A DNA stretch of 64,000 nt from an uncultured Acidobacteriota bacterium (GCA_963796275.1 CAWCKY010000006.1:2112001-2176000), one strand, 5' to 3'; positions 1-11,700 are shown, numbered from the stretch's first letter. Notes: generated from the sequence alone by a model not told the origin. Made by a program: numbers and translations.

Positions 1-1460
1 TACTTGATGCTGCCGAGCGTCCAGGCGGCGGCAAAGAGCGACGCTTGACGCGCATCCACCTGCGGCGGCAGTTCGTCTGGCTCCGGTTGAATCTCGGGCC
101 CGGTTGCGCCGGAGCTGAAGCGCGGTCTGAGTGTCACCGGTGTGATTGACAGTGGCTTGCCGCCGGATAAATGCTTCGCTTTCTGCACGGTAGCCCCTTG
201 CGCTTCGAGATTTTCCACCAGCGTGAGATGGTCGCTGGCATGCACCTGCGGGCTGACCGCATAACAAAGCAGCTCGGCCTCTTCGGAGGGCAGCGGGCTG
301 CGGTTGATCTCGGTGAACCAAAGATTAGTCCCCGCGCCGACAGGAACGTCGGGGTCATACTGCCGTAGAGTTTCGCGGGCGAGGCTCACCCAGCGCGCGC
401 TCGTGACTTTCTCAGCGACATGGAAGATCAGCCACGAAGCGATACGCGGCTTGACGCGGCGCACTCCCGCGAGCAATCGCTGCAGTTCCGCGGGGGCCAT
501 GTCGGAAAGAAAGAGAGCCGCTTCGAGTTGGGCGTCTAGAGCGAGAGCCTCAGCCGCAGCGCGTTCAAGCTTAGACTCGAAATCGTCCTGTGAAATGTGC
601 AGATCCACACGCAGATGCGACAGGCCGAGCGCACGCAGCCGCGCCAGCTCAAGTTCGGTCAACGCCCGTCCGTTACTGGCAACCCCCAGCCCGATGCGCG
701 GCAACTTCCGCGGCGTATGCGCTTCAATGAAAAGCTCGATTTCGTTTGACTCTGAATATGAAATCGAAGCGGGCTCCCGCGCGTTGTCCATGAGCGTTAG
801 CGTGACGCGCTGCGAAAACCGCTCGCCTTTCATCACTTCGACCGGGAAAGGCAGTTCGAGCGGCGTGCCGTAAGTTTTGAATGACGAGTCCGTCCAGTTA
901 CGCTGGTCTTCCATCTCGAATGTTTCGCCTTCCATGCGCACTGTGGCATAAATACCAGGCAGAATTTCGTGGGTGATTGCGCGGATATCCTTGAAGGGCT
1001 GGTGCGGCGCAATCTCAGCGGGGAAGATTCCCGGCTCTATCTCCCCGTTCGTATGAATGACTTCACACGACTGCCCGGCACACTCGGTGATCGGATGCAG
1101 AATGCAGAAGCCGATCCGATTGTAATGAAACGTCGAGCGCGCAACCCCGTCGAAACTGAAGACCACCGTGCCATCGGGCTCGCCCGTAATCGTCCCGCGC
1201 CAGTGAAAATCAATCTCGCCTTCCTGGTGCTCGCAGTCGAATTCAATCCGAAACGAATCGCGCTCAATCTCCGATGCGAGATGCGAAACGCGTGACGGCA
1301 TCGTTCCCCAGTTGCGGTCGCGCACGCCTATGTATACGCGGCGCAGCACTTCATAGCGGCCCAGGCGTATATAGCGCAGCCCGCCACTTTCAAACCGCAT
1401 GGAGAGCGGCCCGGCTCGCAATTCAAATTCCTGCCCTGTTGCATGCGTTTCGACGTCCAT
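1..1460 (-). CDS. apnL: D-apionate lactonase-like protein (ApnL family), 3' end runs off the window
   Basis: Missing from the ORF track because no stop lies in the window. Hand translation from ATG 1460 (GAGGAG RBS) gives MDVETHATGQEFELRAGPLSMRFESGGLRYIRLGRYEVLRRVYIGVRDRNWGT; the same frame at the left edge reads LPPQVDARQASLFAAAWTLGSIK. Both are ApnL-like motifs and the apiose gene context fits. Confidence 0.75.
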   Translation of the reverse strand, partial: MDVETHATGQEFELRAGPLSMRFESGGLRYIRLGRYEVLRRVYIGVRDRNWGTMPSRVSHLASEIERDSFRIEFDCEHQEGEIDFHWRGTITGEPDGTVVFSFDGVARSTFHYNRIGFCILHPITECAGQSCEVIHTNGEIEPGIFPAEIAPHQPFKDIRAITHEILPGIYATVRMEGETFEMEDQRNWTDSSFKTYGTPLELPFPVEVMKGERFSQRVTLTLMDNAREPASISYSESNEIELFIEAHTPRKLPRIGLGVASNGRALTELELARLRALGLSHLRVDLHISQDDFESKLERAAAEALALDAQLEAALFLSDMAPAELQRLLAGVRRVKPRIASWLIFHVAEKVTSARWVSLARETLRQYDPDVPVGAGTNLWFTEINRSPLPSEEAELLCYAVSPQVHASDHLTLVENLEAQGATVQKAKHLSGGKPLSITPVTLRPRFSSGATGPEIQPEPDELPPQVDARQASLFAAAWTLGSIK

Positions 1461-1751
1461 CTCTCGACTCCTCTCCAGCAGTGTTCTACGCCTGTTGCTT
1501 TTCAGTGATATTATTATCTTGTTAGTCTATTCTTCAAGACGACGATGGGTTGTATGAACAACCTAGCCAATTTCAATCAAAGAAGGGCAATCAGTGACGC
1601 TTTGGACACTCGACAAACCTGTGGAGCACGTTTGCGGTCGCCCAAACAAGATCAGGGCCGTCAAATCGAATGGCTCGGCGGGGCGGTTCAACAGATCGCC
1701 GAGCCGAAGGCCGATCGGATTATGCGGGTAGAAGAGAAAGTGGGAAAGCGA

Positions 1752-2696
1752 TCAGCGAACACCGTACTGTCGCTTGTATTGCAGTGGCGTCATCTGCGCC
1801 AGCTTGCGAAATGTGAGGCCGAAGTAGCTCTGGTCGCAAAAGCCTACCTCCTGACTGATCTCCGCCACTGGCTTATCGGTGGTCGCCAGCAGCGCCTGCG
1901 CCTTGGCAATGCGAAAATGGTTGAGATAACTGATGAATGACTGTCCGGTCACCTGTTTGAAGAGCCGCATAAAGTGCGACTCGCTCATGCCCATCACGCC
2001 GGCGGCTGTCACCACCGAGAGCGGCTCGCGGTAATTGGCTTCCAGATAATCGAAGAGCGGCCGCAGTTGCTCGATCGCGCGCTGCCGGCGGTTGAACGTC
2101 TCCACTGCGCCGCGGTGGCCGGCGAAATGGTTTACCAGCAACACCAGGATCATCTTCAGATAAGTTCTGACCGCGAGCCGCGCGCGCGTAGTTGAGGCCG
2201 GCAGCTCGTCGTGGATGCGATTGATCATGCCGAAGACTTCCGCCGGCACGCCCGCTCGCCCAGGGATGACGTGAGGGAATGTGGCGTCCTGCATCAGAAA
2301 AGGCGTCAAATACTCGACGTCTTCGCCACCTGGATCGTTGGCGCGGATGATCTCCGGCAGGAAGTAAAGCGCCGCCGCTTTAACCTTGCCCGGCTTGCTG
2401 CATTGCGGGGGCAGATACATTGTGTGGTATTGCGTGCTGCTGATCACGACCAGGTCACCCGCGCGCATCGTAAAGACCCGATCCTGAACCCGGCATATCA
2501 GTTCGCCCGCCAGCAGGTAGAATATCTCGAAGTAATCATGGCGGTTCATTCGAATGTGACGCCGCTTGTCGTAGATGTAAAAGCGCGCGTCAATCGGACA
2601 CGCGTGGTCGAAAAGCCAGAGGTGTATCCCTTCCGCGTTGATCTGTGGATCGATGAGGGAGAAGGCGTTCTCCCAATGCAGCCTGTTAGCAGCCAT
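1752..2696 (-). CDS. AraC family transcriptional regulator (N-terminal cupin, C-terminal double HTH); start may extend to 2780
   Basis: HDYFEIFY cupin region; SESHFMRLFKQVTG and ISQEVGFCDQSYFGLTFRK AraC signatures; divergent from the TBDR operon. Confidence 0.92.
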   Translation of the reverse strand: MAANRLHWENAFSLIDPQINAEGIHLWLFDHACPIDARFYIYDKRRHIRMNRHDYFEIFYLLAGELICRVQDRVFTMRAGDLVVISSTQYHTMYLPPQCSKPGKVKAAALYFLPEIIRANDPGGEDVEYLTPFLMQDATFPHVIPGRAGVPAEVFGMINRIHDELPASTTRARLAVRTYLKMILVLLVNHFAGHRGAVETFNRRQRAIEQLRPLFDYLEANYREPLSVVTAAGVMGMSESHFMRLFKQVTGQSFISYLNHFRIAKAQALLATTDKPVAEISQEVGFCDQSYFGLTFRKLAQMTPLQYKRQYGVR

Positions 2697-2916
2697 AATC
2701 GAGAAAGATAGTTCTCTTATAAATTTAGATGCTATCTTTATAGAAGTCCATCCCGCGCTGTCATTATTCTGCGCCTGCATTCATTACCATACCGGAATTT
2801 TAGCGATCGCTGACAATCAGGCGATACCTCTCCATCCACCCCAGGCACGCGATCCGTTCGCATAACTGGGGTGGACGGCATCTCATCAGCTCCGTCCTGG
2901 GTCCGAAGGAGGACAT

Positions 2917-5900
2917 ATGAATAGCCATCAGCTTCGTCGAACTAACATAGTGCTAGTGTTCCTATCGCTCCTGTTATGCGGAGAATCGCAGGCGCAACTC
3001 GTCACGGGAAGCATCAGCGGAAGCGTGACCGATGCGTCTGGCGGTGCGGTCGCCGGCGCGAAGGTCACGGTCATCAACGAGCGTACGGGGGAAGCGCGTG
3101 CCGCGCAGTCGAACGACGCGGGCGCATTCAACTTTCCGGCACTGCAGCCCGGCGCATATACGATCAAGGTCGAACGCCAGGGCTTCCGCGGCTTGGAGCG
3201 AAAGAACCTGATCCTGACCGCAAACGACAAAATCTCGATCGGCGAGCTTGAGTTGCAGGTCGGGCAGGTTTCAGAGACCGTGCAGGTCACCGCCGAAGGC
3301 TCGATCGTGAAGACCGCCAGTTCGGAGAACTCGGCGCTGCTTTCGGCCACGCAGCTTGATCTGACGCAGGCAAAAGGGCGCGACGTGGTTTCGCTGCTGC
3401 GCGTGCTGCCGGGCGTCTCCTACCAGGCGGGGCAGACCGGCGGCACGTTCGACAGCGATTCGCTGGGCGGTACCTTCGGCACCTTCACGCCCAATATCTC
3501 CGGCACTCGATCGCGCTGGAACACCTTCACGCTCGATGGACAGACCGGGTCGGACGCCGACATCGTCGAGGCCTTCAACGGCTCGACCAGCATGGATGCC
3601 ATCGAGGAGGTCAAAGTCCTGTTCAACAATTATCAGGCCGAGTTCGGGCGCAACACGGGCGGAACTGTGAACATCGTGTCAAAGTCGGGCACGCGCGATT
3701 TTCACGGCAGTCTCTATTGGTACAAACGTCACGAGCAGTTCAACGCCAACGACTTCTTTAACAACCGCACAGGGCTGGCCAAACCGCTCTACCGATACAA
3801 CACGCTCGGCGGCACCATCGGCGGCCCGATTTTCATCCCTAACAAGTTCAACAAGAACCGCGACAGGCTGTTCTTCTTCTACTCGCGCGAAGATTGGCGC
3901 GTGCGCGAGCCGCGCATCCCGAGGCAGGTGACGATGCCGACTGAGGCGGAGCGCAACGGCGATTTCTCGCAGACGGTTGATTTGGGCAATCAGCGAATCT
4001 GGGTGCGCGACCCGCTGCTGAGCGGACTGTGCCAGGGGACACCCGCTAATCCAGCTGCTGGAGTGAACTACCAGGCGGCTTGCTTTCCCCGTAATGTCGT
4101 CCCGGCCGATCGCATCAACAAAAACGGCCAGGCGATCTTAAACCTGTTCCCGCTGCCCAACCGGCTCGACCGCGGCTTGACCCTGGGCAACTACAATTAC
4201 GTCTTCCAGGAGATCACTGAACTGCCCAAGAAGCAGAACCTGCTCAAGGTGGACTATAAGCCAACCGATAAAGACACTATCTCGGTTCGCGGGAGGACGT
4301 GGTGGGCTGACCGGCGCGGCTACGAAGGACTGGCGGCATTCAACTCGAATTGGGATCAACTGCTCCACCACTACCTTTTCACAGAAGACAGCTTGCAGGG
4401 CAGTTACACGCGGATCATCAGCCCCACGCTGGTCAACGAATTTGCCGCCACCTACCGCCTGCTGGGCGAGATCGGCGCGGCGCGCGGCGACAGTGACTTC
4501 GATCCGGTGGTTCGCGCCAAACGCGGGATCACCCTGAGCCAGTTCGATCCAAGTTTGAACCCGCTGGGCTTCATCCCCAACGCGTTCTTCGACGGCGTGC
4601 CTGGCACGGCTCCGACGATCACCTACGACGGGCGCACTCCGATAGACGCGGGCGACACCCGGTTCACATTCGTCAACAACCTGAGTTGGACGAAGGGCAG
4701 TCACGCTTTCAAGTTCGGCACGTACATCGAACGCAACCTGGCCAGCGAAGGCCCGCGCTCGAACTTCGGCGGGAGCTTCAATTTCGGGCGCGATATCAAC
4801 AACCCCCTCGAATCGGGGTATGCCTTTGCCAATGCTCTGCTCGGCAACTTCCAGTCCTACACCGAGTCGAGCGCGCGGACGGCCGGGCGGGGCAAGAATT
4901 ACCTCTTCGACTTTTTCGCCCAGGACACGTGGAAGCTCGGGCGTTTGACGCTCGATTACGGTATGCGCTTCTCGTATTTCTCGCCGTGGCGGCTGCGCGA
5001 CAAGGAGGGTGCGGTGTTCGCGCTCGATCGCTACGACAGATCGAAAGCGCCGGTACTTTACCTGCCCGGCTGTAACGTCGATACGACACCTTGCCCGAAC
5101 GCCGAATTACGGGCGCGCAACCCGCTCAATAACGAACTGCTGCCGCGCTACTTCATCGGCGCGTATGTGCCGAACACGGGCGACGTGATCAACGGAATGG
5201 TGCTGGCGACAGACGAGAGTTATCCGGACGGATTCATCAAGCAAGAGCCTCTTCAATTGGGACCACGCTTCGGTTTCGCCTACGACATGTTCGGAGACGG
5301 CAAGACCGCCATTCGCGGCGGTTTTGGAGTTACGAAGCAGACTATCCCTTCATCGGGCAACTTCCTTGGCGGGTTGAACAGTAATCCGCCGCTGCAGTTC
5401 AATCCGCAGGTTTTCTACAGAAATCTCGACACTTTCTTGGATTCGGCCACGGTGCGCTTCCCCGGCGGTGTGCTCGCACACGAATTGGACAACAAAACAC
5501 CGAGCGTCTACAACTACTCGCTCAGCATCCAGCGCGACATCGGCTTCAATACGGTAGTCGAGGTCTCTTACGTCGGCAACGTCGGGCGGCATTTGATCAT
5601 GCAGCGGAACCTCAACGCCGTGCCTTACGGAGCGCGCTTCCTGCGGCAGAACGCCGACCAAACCGCACAGGGGCGTGCGCTGAACGACAATTTCTTCCGC
5701 CCGTTCCCGGGCTTTGGAGACATCACTTACGTCGAGAATTCCGGCACTTCCAATTACAATGCGCTACAAACGTCATTGAACCGCCGCTTCTCGCGCGGGT
5801 TCCAGTTTGGCCTGGCCTATACGTGGTCGAAGACGATGGATTACGGCAGCACCGACCGCAGTGGGTTGCCGATGTATCGGCCTTACGGCGTGTGGTCTTA

Positions 5901-6483
5901 CGGCGAGGCGTCGTTTGATCAGACGCACGTCTTCATCTTCAACTACACGTGGGATTTGCCGAAGGCGAGCAGGGTTTTGGACAATCGGTTCACGCGCGTC
6001 ATTTTCGATAATTGGCAGCTATCGGGCGTGACGGCGTTCGTGAGTGGGACGCCGCTGGGCGTGGGCTTCTCGACAACCGACAACGCCGACATCACGGGCG
6101 GCGGCGACGGCGCGCGCCCCAACATGATCGCAAAGGCACCACTCGACGGCGGCGAACGCAGCTTCGACAAGTGGTTTAACACAGCAGCGTTTGCCCGTCC
6201 GGCTCGGGGCGACTTCGGCAATGCTCCGCGAAACCTTGTGCGAGGACCGGGGTCGAACAACTGGGATGTGTCGGTGTTCAAAAACGTGCCGGTCAAAGGC
6301 GAGGCGCGATACTTCCAATTCCGCTGGGAGATATACAATCTGTTCAACCACACCCAATTTCAGAGCGTGGACACGGGAGCGCGGTTCGATCCGGCGGGCA
6401 ATCAGGTCAACACGCGATTCGGGCAGGTGACGGCGACGCGGCCTCCGCGCGTCATGCAGTTCGCGCTCAGTTTCAAGTTCTGA
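2917..6483 (+). CDS. TonB-dependent receptor with carboxypeptidase regulatory-like N-domain (acidobacterial Oar type)
   Basis: Signal peptide, GSISGSVTDASG, YQAEFGR, VSKSGT..FHGS, GPRFGFAYD, C-terminal aromatic residue (FKF); AGGAGG RBS. Confidence 0.93.
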   Translation: MNSHQLRRTNIVLVFLSLLLCGESQAQLVTGSISGSVTDASGGAVAGAKVTVINERTGEARAAQSNDAGAFNFPALQPGAYTIKVERQGFRGLERKNLILTANDKISIGELELQVGQVSETVQVTAEGSIVKTASSENSALLSATQLDLTQAKGRDVVSLLRVLPGVSYQAGQTGGTFDSDSLGGTFGTFTPNISGTRSRWNTFTLDGQTGSDADIVEAFNGSTSMDAIEEVKVLFNNYQAEFGRNTGGTVNIVSKSGTRDFHGSLYWYKRHEQFNANDFFNNRTGLAKPLYRYNTLGGTIGGPIFIPNKFNKNRDRLFFFYSREDWRVREPRIPRQVTMPTEAERNGDFSQTVDLGNQRIWVRDPLLSGLCQGTPANPAAGVNYQAACFPRNVVPADRINKNGQAILNLFPLPNRLDRGLTLGNYNYVFQEITELPKKQNLLKVDYKPTDKDTISVRGRTWWADRRGYEGLAAFNSNWDQLLHHYLFTEDSLQGSYTRIISPTLVNEFAATYRLLGEIGAARGDSDFDPVVRAKRGITLSQFDPSLNPLGFIPNAFFDGVPGTAPTITYDGRTPIDAGDTRFTFVNNLSWTKGSHAFKFGTYIERNLASEGPRSNFGGSFNFGRDINNPLESGYAFANALLGNFQSYTESSARTAGRGKNYLFDFFAQDTWKLGRLTLDYGMRFSYFSPWRLRDKEGAVFALDRYDRSKAPVLYLPGCNVDTTPCPNAELRARNPLNNELLPRYFIGAYVPNTGDVINGMVLATDESYPDGFIKQEPLQLGPRFGFAYDMFGDGKTAIRGGFGVTKQTIPSSGNFLGGLNSNPPLQFNPQVFYRNLDTFLDSATVRFPGGVLAHELDNKTPSVYNYSLSIQRDIGFNTVVEVSYVGNVGRHLIMQRNLNAVPYGARFLRQNADQTAQGRALNDNFFRPFPGFGDITYVENSGTSNYNALQTSLNRRFSRGFQFGLAYTWSKTMDYGSTDRSGLPMYRPYGVWSYGEASFDQTHVFIFNYTWDLPKASRVLDNRFTRVIFDNWQLSGVTAFVSGTPLGVGFSTTDNADITGGGDGARPNMIAKAPLDGGERSFDKWFNTAAFARPARGDFGNAPRNLVRGPGSNNWDVSVFKNVPVKGEARYFQFRWEIYNLFNHTQFQSVDTGARFDPAGNQVNTRFGQVTATRPPRVMQFALSFKF

Positions 6484-6549
6484 TCTGTCATCATCCGTCA
6501 AATCCGTGTACCATCGCGTATTCGAATTATGCATCCAGAGTAAATCTCA

Positions 6550-7815
6550 ATGCTCAATGACCGAGTCATCGCTACTTATCGAATCGAGACTGCGCACTCG
6601 CTCGATTTCGCCGCAGAAGTAATGGCGGGCGAGCAATCTTGCGGCACGTTCGTGCGCGTGCCGGGAGAGACAGTCGAGTTGCGCCGGCGCCACGCCGCGC
6701 GCGTCGAACGCATCACCGAACTCGAAGAGGTTGATGAGCCGGCGCTTCCTTTTTCAAAGCCGCCGAAAGATCACACCGGCAGATTCAAGCGCGCCGAGGT
6801 CGTCCTCTCGTTCCCTCTGGAAAACATGGGCGCGTCGCTGCCGAACTTGCTGGCGACAGTCTCCGGCAACCTCTACGAGTTGCGCGAATTTTCCGGTCTG
6901 AAGCTGATCGACCTGGAACTGCCTGTCGCGTTCGGCCAGAAGTATCAAGGCCCGCAATTCGGGATCGCAGGCACACGTCAATTGTCGGGAGTGGAAGGCC
7001 GCCCGCTCATCGGCACGATCATCAAACCGAGCGTCGGCCTTTCCCCCGAACAAACGGCCGAACTGGTAAGAACGCTGATCGAAGCAGGACTCGATTTCAT
7101 CAAGGATGACGAGTTGATGGCCGACCCGCCGCATTCGCCTTTTGGGAAACGAGTCGCCGCCGTGATGCGCGTCATCAATAATCACGCGGACAGGACGGGC
7201 AGGAAAGCGATGTACGCCTTCAACGTGACGGATGAAATTGACGCGATGTTGCGGCATCACGACCAGGTCCTCGAATCGGGCGGGACGTGCGTTATGGTGA
7301 GTTTGAACCACACGGGCGCACCGGCTGTCGCTCATCTGCGCAGATACTCCCAATTGCCGATTCACGGCCACCGTAACGGCTGGGGGATGCTGACGCGCTC
7401 GCCCTACCTCGGCCTGGAATTTAAGGCTTATCAGAAGATCTGGCGGTTGGCTGGAGTTGATCATCTGCACTGCAACGGCCTGCGCAACAAATTCTGGGAG
7501 CCGGATGACTCGGTCATCGCGAGCGCGCGCGCCTGTCTGATGCCGTTGTTTGAAGCGAACCCTTACGTCGCGATGCCCGTGCTCGCGTCGGCGCAGTGGG
7601 CGGGGCAGACGGTGGATTCATACCGGGCGCTCGGTACGGTGGATGTGATGTACGTCTGCGGCGGCGGCATCGTCGCGCATCCGGCGGGCATCGCGGCGGG
7701 CGTCGCCAGCGTCAGGCAAGGCTGGGAGGCGGCGCTGGCCGGGAAGACTTTGGAAGAGTTCGCTACAGATCATGTTGAGTTGCGCCAGGCATTAGAGAAG
7801 TTCGGCGGCAGCTAA
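6550..7815 (+). CDS. RuBisCO-like protein (form IV), probable 3-oxo-isoapionate-4-phosphate transcarboxylase/hydrolase or decarboxylase (OiaT/OiaX)
   Basis: [17 protein letters not shown] carbamylation motif, [15 protein letters not shown]. The K177-equivalent lysine is absent. Flanked by apiose genes. Confidence 0.88.
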   Translation: MLNDRVIATYRIETAHSLDFAAEVMAGEQSCGTFVRVPGETVELRRRHAARVERITELEEVDEPALPFSKPPKDHTGRFKRAEVVLSFPLENMGASLPNLLATVSGNLYELREFSGLKLIDLELPVAFGQKYQGPQFGIAGTRQLSGVEGRPLIGTIIKPSVGLSPEQTAELVRTLIEAGLDFIKDDELMADPPHSPFGKRVAAVMRVINNHADRTGRKAMYAFNVTDEIDAMLRHHDQVLESGGTCVMVSLNHTGAPAVAHLRRYSQLPIHGHRNGWGMLTRSPYLGLEFKAYQKIWRLAGVDHLHCNGLRNKFWEPDDSVIASARACLMPLFEANPYVAMPVLASAQWAGQTVDSYRALGTVDVMYVCGGGIVAHPAGIAAGVASVRQGWEAALAGKTLEEFATDHVELRQALEKFGGS

Positions 7816-7849
7816 AAACCTAATCTACAACCTATTGAGAGAGAGGGGC

Positions 7850-9286
7850 ATGCTAACCATCATTCGAGCTCTGCTTCTGATTGCAGTCGTCGCGACCGCG
7901 TCAATAACTGTTTTCAGTCAGCAGCAAAAACCTCAACGGTTGAAGGTCAGCGAAAATAAACGTTTCATCGTCAAAGCCGACAACTCGCAGTTCTTCTACC
8001 TCGGCGACACGGCGTGGGAACTCTTTCACCGCCTCAACCGCGAAGAGGCTGATCGTTATTTGAAGAACCGCGCCGACAAGGGCTTCACAGTCATTCAAGC
8101 GGTCGCGCTAGCAGAACTTGACGGGCTGAACACGCCGAACCCGTTCGGCCATCGCCCGTTCTCGGACAACGACCCGACCAGGCCGGATGTGAAGGACGGC
8201 GCGGCGAACGATTACTGGGATCACGTGGATTACATCGTCAGGAAGGCTGAATCGCTGGGTCTTTACATCGGATTCCTGCCGACCTGGGGCGACAAGTGGA
8301 ACCGCGGTCGGGGAGCCGGGCCGGAGTTGTTCAATGTGCAGAATGCTGAAAGCTATGGCGAATGGCTCGGGCAGCGTTATCGTGAAGCGCCGAACATCAT
8401 CTGGATTCTGGGCGGCGATCGTTCGCTCGAAACCGAGACGCACAAAGAAATGATGCGCGCGATGGCTCGCGGTTTGCGCAAAGGCGACGGCGGCGCGCAC
8501 CTGCAGACGCTGCACCCGCGCGGCGGCGAGGGGTCGTCGGCGCATTTTCACAACGACGACTGGCTCGATTTCGACATGCGGCAGAACGGCCACGTTACCG
8601 AATTCAACCCGCGCTACGAGCAGACGCGGGTCGATTACGACCGCACGCCGATCAAGCCTGTAATTGACGGTGAGCCGATTTACGAGGATCATCCGATCTC
8701 GTTCCGCGCGAAAGAGCTCGGGCATTCGGTGGCGGCTGACGTGCGAAGGCCGATGTACTGGAACCTTTTCACCGGCGCGTTCGGCCACACTTATGGCCAC
8801 CACTCGGTCTGGCAGATGTGGCAGCCGGGGCGACAACCGATCAACAACCCGCTGATGCCGTGGTACGAAGCGATCGACCAGCCGGGCGCGGCGCAGATGC
8901 AGTACGGGCGTCGTCTAATGGAATCGCGGCCGTTTCTGACGCGCGTGCCCGACGATTCGGTCATCGTCGCGGCCGACCCCCCAAGTTCGGTTCCCGGCGC
9001 GGGCTTGAAACGCTACGTCGCCACGCGTGATTCCGAAGGCAGCTACGCAATGGTATACGTTCCAGCGGGGCGGCCGTTCAAAGTGAGGATGGACAAGATC
9101 AACGGCGCACAGGTGAAGGCGTGGTGGTTCAACCCGCGCGACGGCAAGGCGACCTTAATCGGCGAATTCCCGAACTCCGGCGAACGCGAATTCGCCCCGC
9201 CGACAAAGGGCGAGAATCTCGACTGGGTGCTCGTGCTGGACAACGCGGCAAAGAACTTCCCGCCGCCGGGCGTGGCCAAGAGATGA
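7850..9286 (+). CDS. Glycoside hydrolase family 140 (DUF4038, apiosidase-like), secreted
   Basis: Signal peptide; [46 protein letters not shown]; C-terminal [14 protein letters not shown] module; ATG 7850 follows GAGAGGGG. Confidence 0.88.
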   Translation: MLTIIRALLLIAVVATASITVFSQQQKPQRLKVSENKRFIVKADNSQFFYLGDTAWELFHRLNREEADRYLKNRADKGFTVIQAVALAELDGLNTPNPFGHRPFSDNDPTRPDVKDGAANDYWDHVDYIVRKAESLGLYIGFLPTWGDKWNRGRGAGPELFNVQNAESYGEWLGQRYREAPNIIWILGGDRSLETETHKEMMRAMARGLRKGDGGAHLQTLHPRGGEGSSAHFHNDDWLDFDMRQNGHVTEFNPRYEQTRVDYDRTPIKPVIDGEPIYEDHPISFRAKELGHSVAADVRRPMYWNLFTGAFGHTYGHHSVWQMWQPGRQPINNPLMPWYEAIDQPGAAQMQYGRRLMESRPFLTRVPDDSVIVAADPPSSVPGAGLKRYVATRDSEGSYAMVYVPAGRPFKVRMDKINGAQVKAWWFNPRDGKATLIGEFPNSGEREFAPPTKGENLDWVLVLDNAAKNFPPPGVAKR

Positions 9287-10656
9287 TCAGTGAAAGATTG
9301 CTTCTCAGTTTTTACGGTGACGACCTCACCGGCTCGTGCGACGCGATGGAGGCGCTGGCGCTTGGCGGTGTGCGCACGGCTCTGTTTCTGGAGCCACCGA
9401 CCCGGGAGTTGTTGCGCGAAGGCTTCCCCGACTTGCAGGCCGTGGGCGTCGCGGGGGTGAGCCGGATAATGACCCCCGCGCAAATGGATGAGGCACTGCC
9501 TGATCTCTTCACGCGGATGAAGCGCCTGGACGCAGGCGTCTTTCACTATAAAGTCTGCTCGACATTCGACTCTTCGCCAAAGGTCGGCAGCATCGGTCGC
9601 GCGATTGACATCGGGCGGCGAGTCTTCAATTCGCGCTTCACGCCGCTGCTGGTGGGCGCGCCCGCGCTCAAGCGCTATTGCCTGTTCGGCAATCTGTTCG
9701 CGACTGTCGGAGACGAAATCTTTCGCCTGGATCGCCATCCGACGATGAATCGCCATCCGGTGACGCCGATGCTTGAGAGCGACCTGCGGCTTCACCTGTC
9801 GCGGCAGACCGAAAAGTCGATTGCGCTGCTCGACATCCTCAATCTCACCGGTTCGCAGGCCGAGGTTGATCGAAACATCTCTCGCGTGCTGGAAAGCCGG
9901 CCCGAGATCGTGATCTTCGACACACTGGACGATGCGCGATTGGAGGAGGCGGGTCGCCTCATCTGGTCGCAGTGCGGCGATGCGACGCTCTTCGTCGCTG
10001 GATCGTCGGGAGTCGAATATGCACTCGTCGCTTACTGGCAAACGGCAGGCGTGCTCCCCGGGAGCATCGACTTGAACCACGCAGCCACTGTGGCGAAGCA
10101 GATCATCGTTATGTCAGGCAGTTGCTCGCCCGTGACCGGATGGCAGATCGAGTGGGCAGTTGAAAATGGTTTTGGCGGTATCGAACTCAACGCCGCCCGG
10201 TTGGCAAACTATGATCTTTGCGCAGCGGAGCGCGCAGACGTAAAGCGAAAGGCGTTGGACGTTCTGGCGAGCGGCCGCAGCGTCGTTCTCTTCTCAGCGC
10301 TCGGCCCCGACGACCCGAAGATCGAGGCCACGGTTCGTGAGATGTGCGCGGCGGGATGCGACCCGCAAGTCGCGCGTGAACGGCTGGCCGAGCAGCAAGG
10401 GATAATTTTGCGCGAACTGCTCGAAATGACAGGATTGCGACGAGCCGTGATCGCGGGTGGTGACACGTCCGGCCACGCGGCACGGCAATTGGGCATTTAC
10501 GCGCTCGAACTGCTCGCGCCGATTGCGCCCGGCTCGCCGCTTTGCCGCGCGTTGTCGAGCGACTCGCGCTTCGACGGTCTTGAGATCGCGCTCAAAGGCG
10601 GGCAGGGCGGCAAGGCGGATTACTTCGGAAGAATTCTGACTGGGGTTGGACACTGA
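9283..10656 (+). CDS. oiaK: Four-carbon acid sugar kinase family (DUF1537), probable 3-oxo-isoapionate kinase
   Basis: [53 protein letters not shown]; ATG overlaps the GH140 stop (ATGA). Confidence 0.82.
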   Translation: MISERLLLSFYGDDLTGSCDAMEALALGGVRTALFLEPPTRELLREGFPDLQAVGVAGVSRIMTPAQMDEALPDLFTRMKRLDAGVFHYKVCSTFDSSPKVGSIGRAIDIGRRVFNSRFTPLLVGAPALKRYCLFGNLFATVGDEIFRLDRHPTMNRHPVTPMLESDLRLHLSRQTEKSIALLDILNLTGSQAEVDRNISRVLESRPEIVIFDTLDDARLEEAGRLIWSQCGDATLFVAGSSGVEYALVAYWQTAGVLPGSIDLNHAATVAKQIIVMSGSCSPVTGWQIEWAVENGFGGIELNAARLANYDLCAAERADVKRKALDVLASGRSVVLFSALGPDDPKIEATVREMCAAGCDPQVARERLAEQQGIILRELLEMTGLRRAVIAGGDTSGHAARQLGIYALELLAPIAPGSPLCRALSSDSRFDGLEIALKGGQGGKADYFGRILTGVGH

Positions 10657-11700
10657 ATGGCAGACCTTCGTTTCGCAATCATCGGCACGGGCTTCTGGTC
10701 GCAGTTTCAGCTCGCCGCGTGGCGCGAGCTCGATGGCGTGGAGTGCGTTGCGCTATGCAATCGGACGCGCTCCCGGTCTGAAGAACTGGCCCGCCGCTTC
10801 GGAGTCCCGGCGGTCTATGAAGACGCGCGAGAGATGCTCCGCCGCGAAAAGCTCGATTTCGTCGACATCATCACGGACGTGGATACGCACAGCCGGTTCG
10901 TTCATCTCGCCGCCGAACACAAGCTGCCGGTGATTTGCCAGAAACCGATGGCGCCGTCTCTGGCCGAAGCCGCGGCTATGACAAAAGTCTGCCGCGAGGC
11001 CGGCGTCGGATTCTTCATCCACGAGAACTGGCGCTGGCAGGCGCCGATTCGCGAGTTGAAGAAGCTGTTGGACAGCGGCGCGATCGGCACCGTCTTCCGC
11101 GCGCGCATCCACTTCTGTTCGAGCTTTCCGGTCTTTGACAATCAACCCTTTCTCAAAGACCTTGGGCAGTTCATCCTGACCGACATCGGCAGCCACATCC
11201 TGGACACGGCGCGATTTCTCCTGGGCGAGGCAGAAACGCTGGCATGCCAGGTGCACCGCGTTCATCCTGATATTAAAGGCGAGGACGTGGCCACCGTGAT
11301 GATGAAGATGGAGAGCGGCGCGACGGTGGTCTGCGAGATGAGCTACGCGAGCCGTCTCGAACACGAACGCTTCCCCGAAACCTATGTTTACGTCGAAGGC
11401 GAAGAGGGGTCGATCGAGCTGGGGCCGGATTACTGGGTTCGCATGACCACGGCTGTTGGCACGCACGCGCGGCGCTACCCGCCACCGCGCTATGGGTGGG
11501 CCGATCCGGCTTACGACCTGGTGCAGGCGAGCATCGTCCCGTGCAACGCCGACCTGCTGCTGGCCTTGCAGGGGAAAACGATCGCCGAGACGACCGGCGA
11601 AGATAACTTGAAGACCATCCGACTCGTCTTCGCCTGCTACGATGCGGCGCGAAACCAACAGATCATTGATTTAAAGAGCGGGCCGAGGGAGAAAGAATGA
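10657..11700 (+). CDS. apsD: Gfo/Idh/MocA oxidoreductase, probable D-apiose dehydrogenase
   Basis: IIGTGFWS Rossmann motif, ICQKPMA, HENWRWQ, FDNQPFL, DIGSHILDTARFL; abuts the kinase gene. Confidence 0.75.
   Translation: MADLRFAIIGTGFWSQFQLAAWRELDGVECVALCNRTRSRSEELARRFGVPAVYEDAREMLRREKLDFVDIITDVDTHSRFVHLAAEHKLPVICQKPMAPSLAEAAAMTKVCREAGVGFFIHENWRWQAPIRELKKLLDSGAIGTVFRARIHFCSSFPVFDNQPFLKDLGQFILTDIGSHILDTARFLLGEAETLACQVHRVHPDIKGEDVATVMMKMESGATVVCEMSYASRLEHERFPETYVYVEGEEGSIELGPDYWVRMTTAVGTHARRYPPPRYGWADPAYDLVQASIVPCNADLLLALQGKTIAETTGEDNLKTIRLVFACYDAARNQQIIDLKSGPREKE

Noticed and set aside
134-1525. Short ORFs listed in the track
   Set aside because: They are shadows of the minus-strand apnL-like CDS that the track missed.
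6550-7815. Calvin-cycle RuBisCO and autotrophy
   Set aside because: K177 is missing, no rbcS or prk is present, and the gene lies in a sugar catabolic operon; it is a form IV RLP.
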